Assembly (NCBI GenBank): GCA_025358615.1
Contig: JANYIY010000210.1
Coordinates: forward strand, 3,927 to 67,926
DNA length: 64,000 bases
Origin: Gammaproteobacteria bacterium
Lineage (GTDB): Bacteria; Pseudomonadota; Gammaproteobacteria; Steroidobacterales; Steroidobacteraceae
Direction: 5' to 3'
This document shows positions 9,313 through 18,159 of the stretch, in pieces. Under the pieces are notes generated by a model. It was given only the letters and a program-made list of their open reading frames with translations, searched no databases and was not told the origin of the DNA. Made by a program: the position numbers and the translations under genes. How positions within the stretch are numbered: position 1 is the first letter of the stretch; every line of letters starts with the position of its first letter.

Positions 9313-9444
9313 GCACAGGCCCCCGCGTCGGGCCCGCCAACACCAAATAAAGCCGCGCTGGCCGTCAGTAAATCGCCTTTAACCTCGTGTTACCTATTAA
9401 GCGGTGTGTCTTACAGCGCCGCAGGGATCCGAACTTAAGGGGAC

Positions 9445-11157
9445 ATGACAATGAGCGACAGGCGATTCCACAGGTACGCAGCGTGCGTGCCCGCAGGCAT
9501 TGTCGCCGTGCTGCTGACTTGCACCAGCGCATGCCACGGCCCCGCGGCCTCAAGCTCCAATGGTTCAATGGCAGCGCCCGCCGCGGCGAAATCTCAGACC
9601 CAGCGCGAAGCCGAGGTGCGTTTCGGCGTTTCCCCGACGCGCAATAGTCAGGTCACCTATCAGCCCGGTGTTATCGTCATGGAGCATGGGGCGGAAGCCA
9701 TCCGTTCGGAAAACGACGACGGATTTACTTGGAACATCGACGCCAATGCCCCCGGCTCGGCGGAGATCCAACGCGACAAGATCCTGTTCGCCACCGGCAG
9801 AATGGTCGGGCGCGTGCTGGCGGTCAAGCGCAACGGCGATGAGCTCGCGGTCACTCTGGGACCGGTGGAACTGACCGACCTCATCAAAGAAGCGCACATC
9901 GACTACACCGGCCCTCTCGATCCCACCCAGATGATCGTGTACGTCGCCGCCCCCGGATATCCCGGCTCCTTTCAGAAAGACGCGCCCGCCCCCGATGAGG
10001 CATCGGCCACGGACCCGCCGAGCGCAAGCCGCATCGGCGCCTCGCCGCAGGTGTTCACCGTCTCTCGCTCAGGCGACCTGGTACCGTTTCAACTGCAGTC
10101 GACGCGCATCGACGTGCCCCGCAAATCGACCCGCAAATTTAACGTCGACCCGCAGCGGCCCAGGCTCATCGCCACGAGTTACAGTACCTCCGATTGGGCC
10201 AACCAAGGTTTCCACAGCGGCGCGTTGGAACGCTCCTGGGACGGTCCCATCAGCGCACAATACGTCAGCAATAGCGGCCCCAGCGCCACTACCAATGCAA
10301 TGCAGGGTGTCACCCGTGTACTTCTGGACGGCTTCACTTTCGTGCCGTCTTTCAGCGACGGCTTGCAACTGGACGTACCGTACGAAAAGAACGGCTTGAA
10401 GTTCAACGCGCACGCCCAGTTGAAGCTCTCCAAACCGGAATTCACATTCCATCTCGACATCAGTAATGGGCTGAAGACGGCCTCCATCGAATTGAGCGGC
10501 GTAGGCGGGATCGATGTGGAGATCTCCGGCGGCACGGACGGCAAGTTCGCCAATGTCCACGAAAACTTCTACATCCCCGTGGACTTTTCCATCCCGATGC
10601 CCGTAGCGCTGCCTTTTTCCGCCATATTTCGCCAAACGGTGCGCATCGATACCGTGATCACCAGCAACCACTCCGTCATCAGCGCGTTCGGTAGCTACTC
10701 GCTGGGCGGAAAAATCACCGCCGGACTGGTCAACGGCTCCGCGACGGCGACCGCACCGATGTATGTGAAAACCAATAGCAGTATGGTGGATTCGCTCAAG
10801 GGCCTGTCGATAGGGGTAAACGGTCTGGTGATTGGCTGGGGCGGCAAGCTCATCGTCGGCCTCGGCAAATTCGGGCTCGTTGTGGGCCCGTATGCCAGCA
10901 TCAACGTCGCCGCCGGCGTCACCCTGGGTTCGGCACTACAGGCCGGTTACACCTGCCGCGCGTCGGAACTGGATCTCTCACTGAAATACGGCGTGGGCTT
11001 CGCCCTGCCCCAGTGGACGGTTGCGGCACTGAACACGGCGCTGGGTTTCTTTGGCTTCAAACCAGTCAGTTCGAGCTACGACGCGGAACTCGGCACCCTG
11101 CCCATTAAGCAGGCATCGGAAGGCGTGCCCCCCAAGTGCGCATCGAATGCGCCATGA
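9445..11157 (+). CDS. hypothetical lipoprotein-like protein with a Gly-rich, glycine-zipper-like C-terminal region
   Basis: Signal peptide with a lipobox-like end (GIVAVLLTCTSAC). The body is beta-rich. The C-terminal region is GLSIGVNGLVIGWGGKLIVGLGKFGLVVGPYASINVAAGVTLGSAL. No family recognised. Confidence 0.5.
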   Translation: MTMSDRRFHRYAACVPAGIVAVLLTCTSACHGPAASSSNGSMAAPAAAKSQTQREAEVRFGVSPTRNSQVTYQPGVIVMEHGAEAIRSENDDGFTWNIDANAPGSAEIQRDKILFATGRMVGRVLAVKRNGDELAVTLGPVELTDLIKEAHIDYTGPLDPTQMIVYVAAPGYPGSFQKDAPAPDEASATDPPSASRIGASPQVFTVSRSGDLVPFQLQSTRIDVPRKSTRKFNVDPQRPRLIATSYSTSDWANQGFHSGALERSWDGPISAQYVSNSGPSATTNAMQGVTRVLLDGFTFVPSFSDGLQLDVPYEKNGLKFNAHAQLKLSKPEFTFHLDISNGLKTASIELSGVGGIDVEISGGTDGKFANVHENFYIPVDFSIPMPVALPFSAIFRQTVRIDTVITSNHSVISAFGSYSLGGKITAGLVNGSATATAPMYVKTNSSMVDSLKGLSIGVNGLVIGWGGKLIVGLGKFGLVVGPYASINVAAGVTLGSALQAGYTCRASELDLSLKYGVGFALPQWTVAALNTALGFFGFKPVSSSYDAELGTLPIKQASEGVPPKCASNAP

Positions 11158-11254
11158 GTAAAATGCTAACCTGCGTCCGGTTGTGCCCAAAATATCGCCT
11201 CGAACGCACGCGGGTCGTGACTGCTCTTTTTACTATATCCAACAAGGAACGATC

Positions 11255-12037
11255 ATGAGACATCTCTTCTCGCTGAGCACATTTTGCGTCCTAGCCTGTG
11301 CAAGCGCCGCACTTAGCAAGGCGGCGGACGACTTGACCGTCATTTCGAATGCCACGACCAACGGCAAGCCCTCCGGCACCGAAACGCAGTACATATCCAG
11401 CGACCACATCCGAACCACGCAGGGGTCGGGGACCGAGATCATCATCAATCTGAAAACCGGCGTCATGACCAACATCGACGACAAGAAAAAAACCTACTAC
11501 AACATGACCAAGCAGGACCTGGAGAACTTCCAGGCGAAGATGAATGAGAAAATGAACGATCCGAAGATGAAACAGGCCATGGCGATGATGCAGGGAATGA
11601 GCAATTCCATGGCTAGCTCAACCGAAGTCAAGAAGACCGGTGTGTCGCGCAAGATAGCGGGTTTCGCTTGCGAAGAGTGGAGCATCAAAATGAGCGCCAT
11701 GATGACCATGACGGAATGCGTCACCAATGACCTTAAGTATCCCGTGCAGAGTTGGGCGGCTCTTCAGGAGTTCAGCGCGTCTATGCGCAAATCGATGAGC
11801 GGCTTCGGTCCCAGCGCCAAGGCCGGCGAGGAATTCGCCGAGAAGATGAAGAGCATCCACGGTTTTCCGGTGGCCACCTCAAGCCTGGTCGATGCCGGCA
11901 TCACCAAAATGACGACCACCAGCGAAGTCATCGAGGTGCGTCACACCGCCATTCCGGACTCAACCTGGGAAGTACCCGCCGGTTTCATTAAGGTCGACAA
12001 CCCCATGATGAAGGCCTTTCAAGATCACGGCCACTAG
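11255..12037 (+). CDS. DUF4412-like Met/Lys-rich periplasmic protein
   Basis: The start is placed at MRHLFSLSTFCVLACASAALSKA (signal peptide). It has a KKKTYYNMTKQDLENF segment typical of DUF4412 and a Met-rich stretch (MNEKMNDPKMKQAMAMMQGMSNSM). Its composition is visibly less GC-rich than the neighbouring genes. Confidence 0.5.
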   Translation: MRHLFSLSTFCVLACASAALSKAADDLTVISNATTNGKPSGTETQYISSDHIRTTQGSGTEIIINLKTGVMTNIDDKKKTYYNMTKQDLENFQAKMNEKMNDPKMKQAMAMMQGMSNSMASSTEVKKTGVSRKIAGFACEEWSIKMSAMMTMTECVTNDLKYPVQSWAALQEFSASMRKSMSGFGPSAKAGEEFAEKMKSIHGFPVATSSLVDAGITKMTTTSEVIEVRHTAIPDSTWEVPAGFIKVDNPMMKAFQDHGH

Positions 12038-12121
12038 CCGCTGCGCCGGTCACCAGCCACTTGCCCGACACCTAGGTCGGTGCCGCTCGCTTTGCAGGGG
12101 GAATCTCAAAATCGGCGGCAG

Positions 12122-12739
12122 CTACTTTGCCTGGCGCGAATTGGCGACCAGCCGCTTCAGCGCGTCCAGATCCGCAATGCCCGGCACGAGTTGCCGGCCG
12201 ACCACGAGACCGGGCGTGCCCTCGAGCGTCAATGCGTGCGCCTCTTGGTCGTTGCGTTCCAGCAGCGCCGCGATCTCCTTGGCATGCGTCACCCGGTCTT
12301 TCGCAAGGGTCTCAATGTTCACGCCCGCCTTCTGCAAGATCGAGTCCACCTGCTCGTTCTGCGCCAGGCGCGGACCGATCAACAAGGCATCGTGCGCCAC
12401 CAGATACTTTCCCTGCCATCCCGCGGCCAGTGCCGATGAGGCCGCATACACGGACACCGGCCCCAAGATCGGCCAGTCCTTGTACACCACGGCCACCTTC
12501 GGATCCTGCGCCAGCAAGGCGTACAGCGCCGGTACCAGTTTCTTGCAATACGGGCAGTTGTAGTCGAAGTACTCGACGATGGTCACGTCGGGTTTGCGCG
12601 CACCAACCGGCTCCGTACCCGGGTTCGCAAGCATTTGCTTCTGACCTTCGACGGTTATGATGGCCGTGTCCTGTGCCGCCGCCGTCCCCAGCAGCAAAAC
12701 GCAGCCGAGAATCGCGAACAGATTGCGTGCTATAGGCAT
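12122..12739 (-). CDS. DsbA-family thiol:disulfide oxidoreductase
   Basis: Signal peptide and the thioredoxin-fold active site EYFDYNCPYCKKL. Confidence 0.8.
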   Translation of the reverse strand: MPIARNLFAILGCVLLLGTAAAQDTAIITVEGQKQMLANPGTEPVGARKPDVTIVEYFDYNCPYCKKLVPALYALLAQDPKVAVVYKDWPILGPVSVYAASSALAAGWQGKYLVAHDALLIGPRLAQNEQVDSILQKAGVNIETLAKDRVTHAKEIAALLERNDQEAHALTLEGTPGLVVGRQLVPGIADLDALKRLVANSRQAK

Positions 12740-12766
12740 GCACGCATCCTATCCTATCGCCGCCTT

Positions 12767-13450
12767 TCAGTGGACCGGCTGAATCAGTCCCATATCGTCC
12801 GCCGCAGTGGAATTGATTCGCGGGCTGACGGCATGCGCTTGCATCCACTTGGAATCGTAGGTCTGCAGTGCCGCCTTGGCTTCGCCCGGCGTGCCGTGCA
12901 GCCAGGTGTGGTAGTCGCGGCGCCGCAGGATGGCCGGCATGGCCGCCGCCATCCCGGGCAGCCCGCGCGCAATGCCCGTCATGAGGTCATTGGCCGGCAC
13001 ACAAATCACCGAGCAACTTTCGATCACGTCGTCGTCTTCACCGACGGAGCGATCCCACACCGCCGCCATCCCGAACACGCTGCGATTCAGCAGACTCAAG
13101 AAATAGGGCTGGCGATAATTCGCGGACGTCAGCTGCCACGCATAGAATCCGGACGCCGGCAGAATGCAGCGCTGCCCGCTCAGCCATGGCATCCGATAGA
13201 CCTTAGAGCGCTCGATGCTCTGCAGGTCGGTGCACAACGCGGGTGCCCCGAGCGATTTTCCCTCGGCCCACGACGGGATGAACCCCCAGCGGACCATCAA
13301 GCCCTCGGTCTGCCCATCGTGCACCCGCACCGACGGCACGTACTGCTGCGCCGCGACGTTGAATCTCGGCGCAAATTTCCACCACACCTGGGCCGGCAGG
13401 AACTCGCGTTCCGTGGCGGCCTGCTCCGATAGGGCATAACGTTCCAGCAT
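12767..13450 (-). CDS. SRAP (SOS-response-associated peptidase / YedK, DUF159) homologue lacking the catalytic residues
   Basis: Family-like segments are FNVAAQQYVPSV, RCILPASGFYAWQ, QPYFL and AMPAILRRRDYHTWL. The N-terminus is MLERYALS rather than the MCGR- typical of the family, and an in-frame TAA lies 12 nt upstream of the ATG. Confidence 0.7.
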   Translation of the reverse strand: MLERYALSEQAATEREFLPAQVWWKFAPRFNVAAQQYVPSVRVHDGQTEGLMVRWGFIPSWAEGKSLGAPALCTDLQSIERSKVYRMPWLSGQRCILPASGFYAWQLTSANYRQPYFLSLLNRSVFGMAAVWDRSVGEDDDVIESCSVICVPANDLMTGIARGLPGMAAAMPAILRRRDYHTWLHGTPGEAKAALQTYDSKWMQAHAVSPRINSTAADDMGLIQPVH

Positions 13451-13503
13451 AGGAAAGCGAGATTACTGCCATCGGCAGCGCGAAGCTGTGACGGACCTTT
13501 GGT

Positions 13504-14277
13504 TTACGGCAGCGCCCGCTCTGCCTCGAGCAGTGCACGCGTGATGCGCCCCGCCCATTGGGTCTGTCCCGCCTCATCGCTGACCAGATCCTGGCGGATT
13601 TCGATTTCCACATGCGGCAGACCGCGTGCCTCGCCATGATGCGGAATGCTGTAGTCGGTCGCATCGCTGACGAAGTACGGCTGGTTGTCCCCGATCACCA
13701 AGTCCTGGTCCCGGCGCAGCGCATCGAGCACCAGTCCGGCAAAGCGCCGATCGCGGTTGTACAGCACCGCCGCGTGCATCTCCCGCCGCACCCCGTGGTA
13801 CATATCGGTCATCGTATGCTGTGCCACCAATAGAGTGGGTCGGGCGGCTGCCACTCTTTCGTCGAGCAGTTCGGTGATGCGATTGTGATAGGGATCGAAT
13901 ATTTCCGCACGGCGCGCCGCGATTTCCACGTCGCTCAAGTCGATATTGCCGGGAATTTCGATCGCCTCACTCTGGCGCGGAATCGATGTCGGCACCTTCG
14001 GATCGCGATTGCAGTCGATCACCAGCCGCGAATAATTCTGCGCCAGCAGCGTCGCATCGAGCGCCGCCGCCACCTGCCGCGCCACGTTCAATGCACCGAT
14101 GTCCCAGGCAATGTGCCGCTGCAATTCGGCTGCCGGAAGACCCAGGTCTTGCAAGCGCCGCGGAATCCTCCGTCCCGCATGATCCACCAAGATGACGAAA
14201 TTCGAACTCCCCTGCCGGCCGATCTCAATGAAGGGCGCTGGTTCATCTGCGGCGAGGAGCGCAAAGCCGCTCACCAA
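13504..14277 (-). CDS. N-formylglutamate amidohydrolase family protein
   Basis: A 257-aa protein with FVILVDHAGRRIP, HIAWDIGA and LLVAQHTMTD segments that resemble the FGase / HutG-like family. Confidence 0.6.
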   Translation of the reverse strand: MVSGFALLAADEPAPFIEIGRQGSSNFVILVDHAGRRIPRRLQDLGLPAAELQRHIAWDIGALNVARQVAAALDATLLAQNYSRLVIDCNRDPKVPTSIPRQSEAIEIPGNIDLSDVEIAARRAEIFDPYHNRITELLDERVAAARPTLLVAQHTMTDMYHGVRREMHAAVLYNRDRRFAGLVLDALRRDQDLVIGDNQPYFVSDATDYSIPHHGEARGLPHVEIEIRQDLVSDEAGQTQWAGRITRALLEAERALP

Positions 14278-14382
14278 CCCACCGCCTCGCCATCTGGCTG
14301 TGGCGCGCTCGCGAATTGTCGTGGCATGGCGATAATTGCTTTAAGTCTTTGCATGACCCGTCTCGATCAATGACTCGGCCGC

Positions 14383-15066
14383 TCAGGTGGCTCGCAGATC
14401 TTGCAACACCCTCCCGACCAGGAGTGCCTGACTCTCGTGTGCTTCATCCCGCAGCGTTTCCTTTAACGCATCGACATACCATTCTCGCATGGCCGGCGTG
14501 TCCAGGACCTGATCGGCGTATACCACTGATGCAGGATCTAAGGTAAGGTCATAGGTCTGCACCCTGAAAGTCACCGGTGCATAAAAAGCATCTACGGCGG
14601 TAAATGTCTTGCCCGCAAGATAGGGGCCGCCGAAGCGGCGCAGGCCATCGTTCCACAGCGCACCGAGTCGCGCCATGTCGTGCTCGAGCGCCGCAGGGAA
14701 TTCATGCAGCCGAATGCGTTGACCACAGGTCATGGAACAGCGATTGCGCAGTTCGCCGAAGCCCGAATGCATCTCCGCCGCCGCGCTTCGCGCCCAGGCT
14801 CGAGCTACCCCATCCGCCGGCCACACACCGTCATGCCGTTCGGCGAGATATTCTGCGATGGCCAGCGAATCCCATACCACCGTGTCACCGTCGACCAAGC
14901 ACGGCACTTTGCCGGTGGGAGAAATCTTGCGAAAGTTTTGCCAGCCCGATTCGACACCGAAGGGCACCAGATGCTCTCGAAACCCGATCTCGAGCTCACG
15001 CATCAGTACCCATGGCCGCACCGACCATGACGAATAATTCTTGTTCGCTATGTATAAGTCGTACAT
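14383..15066 (-). CDS. glutathione S-transferase family protein
   Basis: GST N-terminal fold (GKVPCLVDGDTVVWDSLAIAEYL) followed by a helical C-terminal domain. Confidence 0.75.
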   Translation of the reverse strand: MYDLYIANKNYSSWSVRPWVLMRELEIGFREHLVPFGVESGWQNFRKISPTGKVPCLVDGDTVVWDSLAIAEYLAERHDGVWPADGVARAWARSAAAEMHSGFGELRNRCSMTCGQRIRLHEFPAALEHDMARLGALWNDGLRRFGGPYLAGKTFTAVDAFYAPVTFRVQTYDLTLDPASVVYADQVLDTPAMREWYVDALKETLRDEAHESQALLVGRVLQDLRAT

Positions 15067-15203
15067 CAGTCTCTCCCGCCGAAAGGATCACACCGAGGGC
15101 CGCCTTTGACGACCCCGCCTGAAGATACATCCTCTGGTCTCGCAAAACCCAAGGTGAGGCCGTCGATGGCATTTTTAGCTCTAACCTACGTTGTTGAGAT
15201 GTA

Positions 15204-15342
15204 TAGTCTAAAAATAGACTACTAATACCGTCAATTCGGCATAACAATCTAATAATAGTCCCTTCCATGACTTTCTCGCACAATAGCCTACAATTAGTCT
15301 ATTATTGTCATCTATGTCATTTAGCACACTAATATTAGCCTA
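15204..15342. promoter_or_regulatory. AT-rich hipBA promoter/operator region with repeated TAGNCTA half-sites
   Basis: The copies are: TAGTCTA-aaaa-TAGACTA, an inverted repeat (15204-15221); TAGTC (15256-60); TAGCCTA-caat-TAGTCTA (15284-15301); and TAGCCTA (15336-15342), which abuts the hipB ATG. Confidence 0.4.
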
Positions 15343-15740
15343 TGTCGCTTAATCATCTCACTAACATCGAAATCGCCGGACGCCTGGCGCACGCCATCAA
15401 GCAATGGCGTATCTCACCGCAAGGTGCCGCCCTGTCTCAAGTTGAGCTTGCGCATAAGAGTGGCATCGGTCTGACACCGCTCAAGCGATTTGAAAAGACC
15501 GGTGCCATCACCTTGCGCAATCTGATTGCACTGCTGCGCGCACTGGCTTTGCTGGATGGATTGGAAACCCTGGTGCCGGCGCCGGATACCCCTGGCCCGC
15601 TGCAACTGCTCGCCGCCGAGCAAATGAAGACTCAGCGCAAAAGAGCACCGCGCAGGCAGCGCACCGCGCCCACCCAGGGCGCCCGCCGCATCCAGGACGC
15701 AGTCGACGCTCCCTCCTCTACGGACGGCAAGCATGGCTGA
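15342..15740 (+). CDS. hipB: HipB-type XRE-family HTH antitoxin
   Basis: HTH segment (LSQVELAHKSGIGLTPLKRFEKTG). The stop overlaps the hipA start by 8 bp. Confidence 0.75.
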   Translation: MSLNHLTNIEIAGRLAHAIKQWRISPQGAALSQVELAHKSGIGLTPLKRFEKTGAITLRNLIALLRALALLDGLETLVPAPDTPGPLQLLAAEQMKTQRKRAPRRQRTAPTQGARRIQDAVDAPSSTDGKHG

Positions 15741-17019
15741 CGTCAATGTTGTCGAGGTACGCATCTGGGGGCGCAGGGTAGGAGCCCTCGCTCCTCTCAG
15801 AGGCAAGCCTGGCTTCTATGAATTTCAATACGCACCGGAATTCGAAGACAGTGGCTTGGAACTATCTCCACTGCGCATGCCGCTGAAATCCAGAGGGCGT
15901 TTTAGCTTCCCTGAGTTGGTGCAGCATACCTTCCACGGCCTGCCGGGCCTCTTGGCCGATGCGCTGCCCGATCGTTTTGGTAATGCGCTCATCGACGAAT
16001 ACCTGACTCGCCATGGCACTCACGCCGACGCAATCACTACCTTGCAGCGACTGCTGTATGTTGGCCGCCGCGCGACGGGCGCGCTCGAATTCGAACCAGC
16101 CGTCGCGGAAACGCGAACCCCTGCAGCGATCGCGCCTCTCGACATGGCGCATCTTGTCGAGGACGCGCGCCGCGCATTGCGTGGCGACCTAGGCACCATC
16201 GCCCAGGAAATTATGGATGTCGGCAGCTCGGCCGGCGGTGCGCGCGCCAAAGCCGTCATTGGCTGGAACCCGCAAACCAACGAAGTCGTATCCGGGCAAT
16301 TCGATCTGCCGCCGGGATTCGAACACTGGCTACTCAAATTCGACGTCGGCGCCGACGGTGTGCTGAGCAACTCGGCGGGCTTTGGCCGCATCGAATACGC
16401 CCACTACCTCATGGCCGCCGCGGCCGGTATCACGATGAGCGAGTGCCGCCTATTGGAAGAAGGCGGCCGCGCGCATTTCATGACCAAGCGTTTCGACCGA
16501 CGCGGGAATGCCAAGGTGCACGTTCACTCGCTCTGCGGAATTGCGCACCTGGACTTCAATACGCCCTATGTGCACGGCTATGAGCAGTACCTGCGCACCG
16601 TGCTCGACTTGAAGCTCGACGCCCCTGCTCTCGAACAAGCATGGCTGCGCTGCGCATTCAATGTAGCCGCCGTCAACTGCGACGACCACACCAAGAACTT
16701 CGCGTTCATCCTGGATCAGGCTGGGAAGTGGGACATCGCTCCGGCGTACGATACCTGCTTCTCCCACAATCCCGCGGCCGGCAAGTGGACCCGCCAACAT
16801 CAAATGCTGATCCGCGGCAAAGCCTGGGACATCACGGCTGAAGATCTCATTGCGCTTGCAGAGGGTTTCGACGTGCGCAAGCCCAAGGAACTACTCAAGC
16901 GCGTCGCAGATGCCGTGACGCGCTGGCCCGATTTAGCCGATCGCGCCGGCGTGCCGCGAGCCGAGATCGCCCGCATCAAGGCATTTCAGCCGGACTGGGT
17001 CAGCGCGATAGGAATGTAA
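15733..17019 (+). CDS. hipA: HipA-family serine/threonine kinase toxin
   Basis: N-terminal HipA coupling domain (VEVRIWGRRVGALA...FYEFQYAPEF), followed by GARAKAVIGW and the catalytic-loop motif NCDDHTKNFAFIL. Confidence 0.85.
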   Translation: MADVNVVEVRIWGRRVGALAPLRGKPGFYEFQYAPEFEDSGLELSPLRMPLKSRGRFSFPELVQHTFHGLPGLLADALPDRFGNALIDEYLTRHGTHADAITTLQRLLYVGRRATGALEFEPAVAETRTPAAIAPLDMAHLVEDARRALRGDLGTIAQEIMDVGSSAGGARAKAVIGWNPQTNEVVSGQFDLPPGFEHWLLKFDVGADGVLSNSAGFGRIEYAHYLMAAAAGITMSECRLLEEGGRAHFMTKRFDRRGNAKVHVHSLCGIAHLDFNTPYVHGYEQYLRTVLDLKLDAPALEQAWLRCAFNVAAVNCDDHTKNFAFILDQAGKWDIAPAYDTCFSHNPAAGKWTRQHQMLIRGKAWDITAEDLIALAEGFDVRKPKELLKRVADAVTRWPDLADRAGVPRAEIARIKAFQPDWVSAIGM

Positions 17020-17043
17020 ATTGGGGGCGCCGTCCCCTTCGCG

Positions 17044-18159
17044 CTATTGAGCGCCGGCACGCCGCAACGCAGCCGCAATAGCCGGTTGATTGGCATTCAT
17101 GGCCGCTTGCAGCGGCGTCACGCCGCCCGCATCCGCCGCATTCGCATCGGCGCCGACGCTCAACAATGCATCGACCGCAGCGACTTGCCCGTGCAGCGTC
17201 GCCAGCATCAAAGCCGTGCGGCCGTCGGCATCGCGTGCATCAATGTCGGAGCTTTTTCCCAGTTGTACCTTAAGGCCTTGAACATCGCCGATTTCAGCCG
17301 CTCGCCGCAAGGCTGAGGCGGAATCCTGGTTGCGCGCATTGGTCATATGCCCTGCCAGTCTTCCCGTGATCGACTCAGATATGCCCGTTGCGCCGGCACC
17401 ATCGCTGGCAGTCGTTGCGGCTGCCGCTCCCGTCGCCTGCGCCGGTGCGTTGCGCGCGTCGGCCACGCTTTCCTGCTGAGGCGGCGCCGCATAACTCGAC
17501 GCCTTGTCCTGCGCTGAATCGGCGTTCACAGCCGCATTGCCGGCCGCGGCGCGATCCTTTTCCATGCTCTGCCTCTGCGCCATCACCGGCGGTGACTGTG
17601 CAGGCAACGACGATTGCGATCCTGGGGGCTGCAACGGTGGTGCTGCGGGCGATGCTGACGGCAATGGTGATGGTGGCGCCGAAGCTGAAGCTGACGGTGC
17701 TGGTGACAATGACGGTGACGGCGCGTACTGTTGCGGCGCCTCCTCTGCCGGCATCTCCGATTCCTTCAACATCGCCACCGGCGGCGCCGGCGCGGCGTCC
17801 GTTCTAGGCCGCGTCGCTTCGATTTTTGACTGCGCCGCCGTACTCGGCGCCTGCTGCGGCAGATACTGTGGCGCGATCAAAAGTCCGGCGAGTCCCGCCG
17901 CCGCCAGGGTGCCGTATACCGCCGGCCGCCACCGGCGCTGATTCGCCGCAGATCGTTCAACACCCAGTTTTGCCGGAATGTCTTCGGCCGACTGCGCCGG
18001 CGGCCGCCCCAGCGACCGCTCCGCGGCCAGTTTCGCGGCATGCTCGAGTACGGCTCGACGCACCGCATCGCTGGGCCGGCCGGGGTCGAGCGCCGCTGCG
18101 CGCCGATACCGCTCGTCGATATCGTCGGGCGGGCCGGCGTTCGGCGGCAGCTCGCTCAT
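17044..18159 (-). CDS. membrane-anchored anti-sigma-factor-like protein with C-terminal ankyrin repeats
   Basis: ATGA overlap with the ECF sigma gene. It has one TM helix (VYGTLAAAGLAGLLIAPQYL), a P/S/A-rich linker, and ANK repeats (DGRTALMLATLHGQVAAVDALLSVGADANAADAGGVTPLQAA). Confidence 0.55.
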   Translation of the reverse strand: MSELPPNAGPPDDIDERYRRAAALDPGRPSDAVRRAVLEHAAKLAAERSLGRPPAQSAEDIPAKLGVERSAANQRRWRPAVYGTLAAAGLAGLLIAPQYLPQQAPSTAAQSKIEATRPRTDAAPAPPVAMLKESEMPAEEAPQQYAPSPSLSPAPSASASAPPSPLPSASPAAPPLQPPGSQSSLPAQSPPVMAQRQSMEKDRAAAGNAAVNADSAQDKASSYAAPPQQESVADARNAPAQATGAAAATTASDGAGATGISESITGRLAGHMTNARNQDSASALRRAAEIGDVQGLKVQLGKSSDIDARDADGRTALMLATLHGQVAAVDALLSVGADANAADAGGVTPLQAAMNANQPAIAAALRRAGAQ

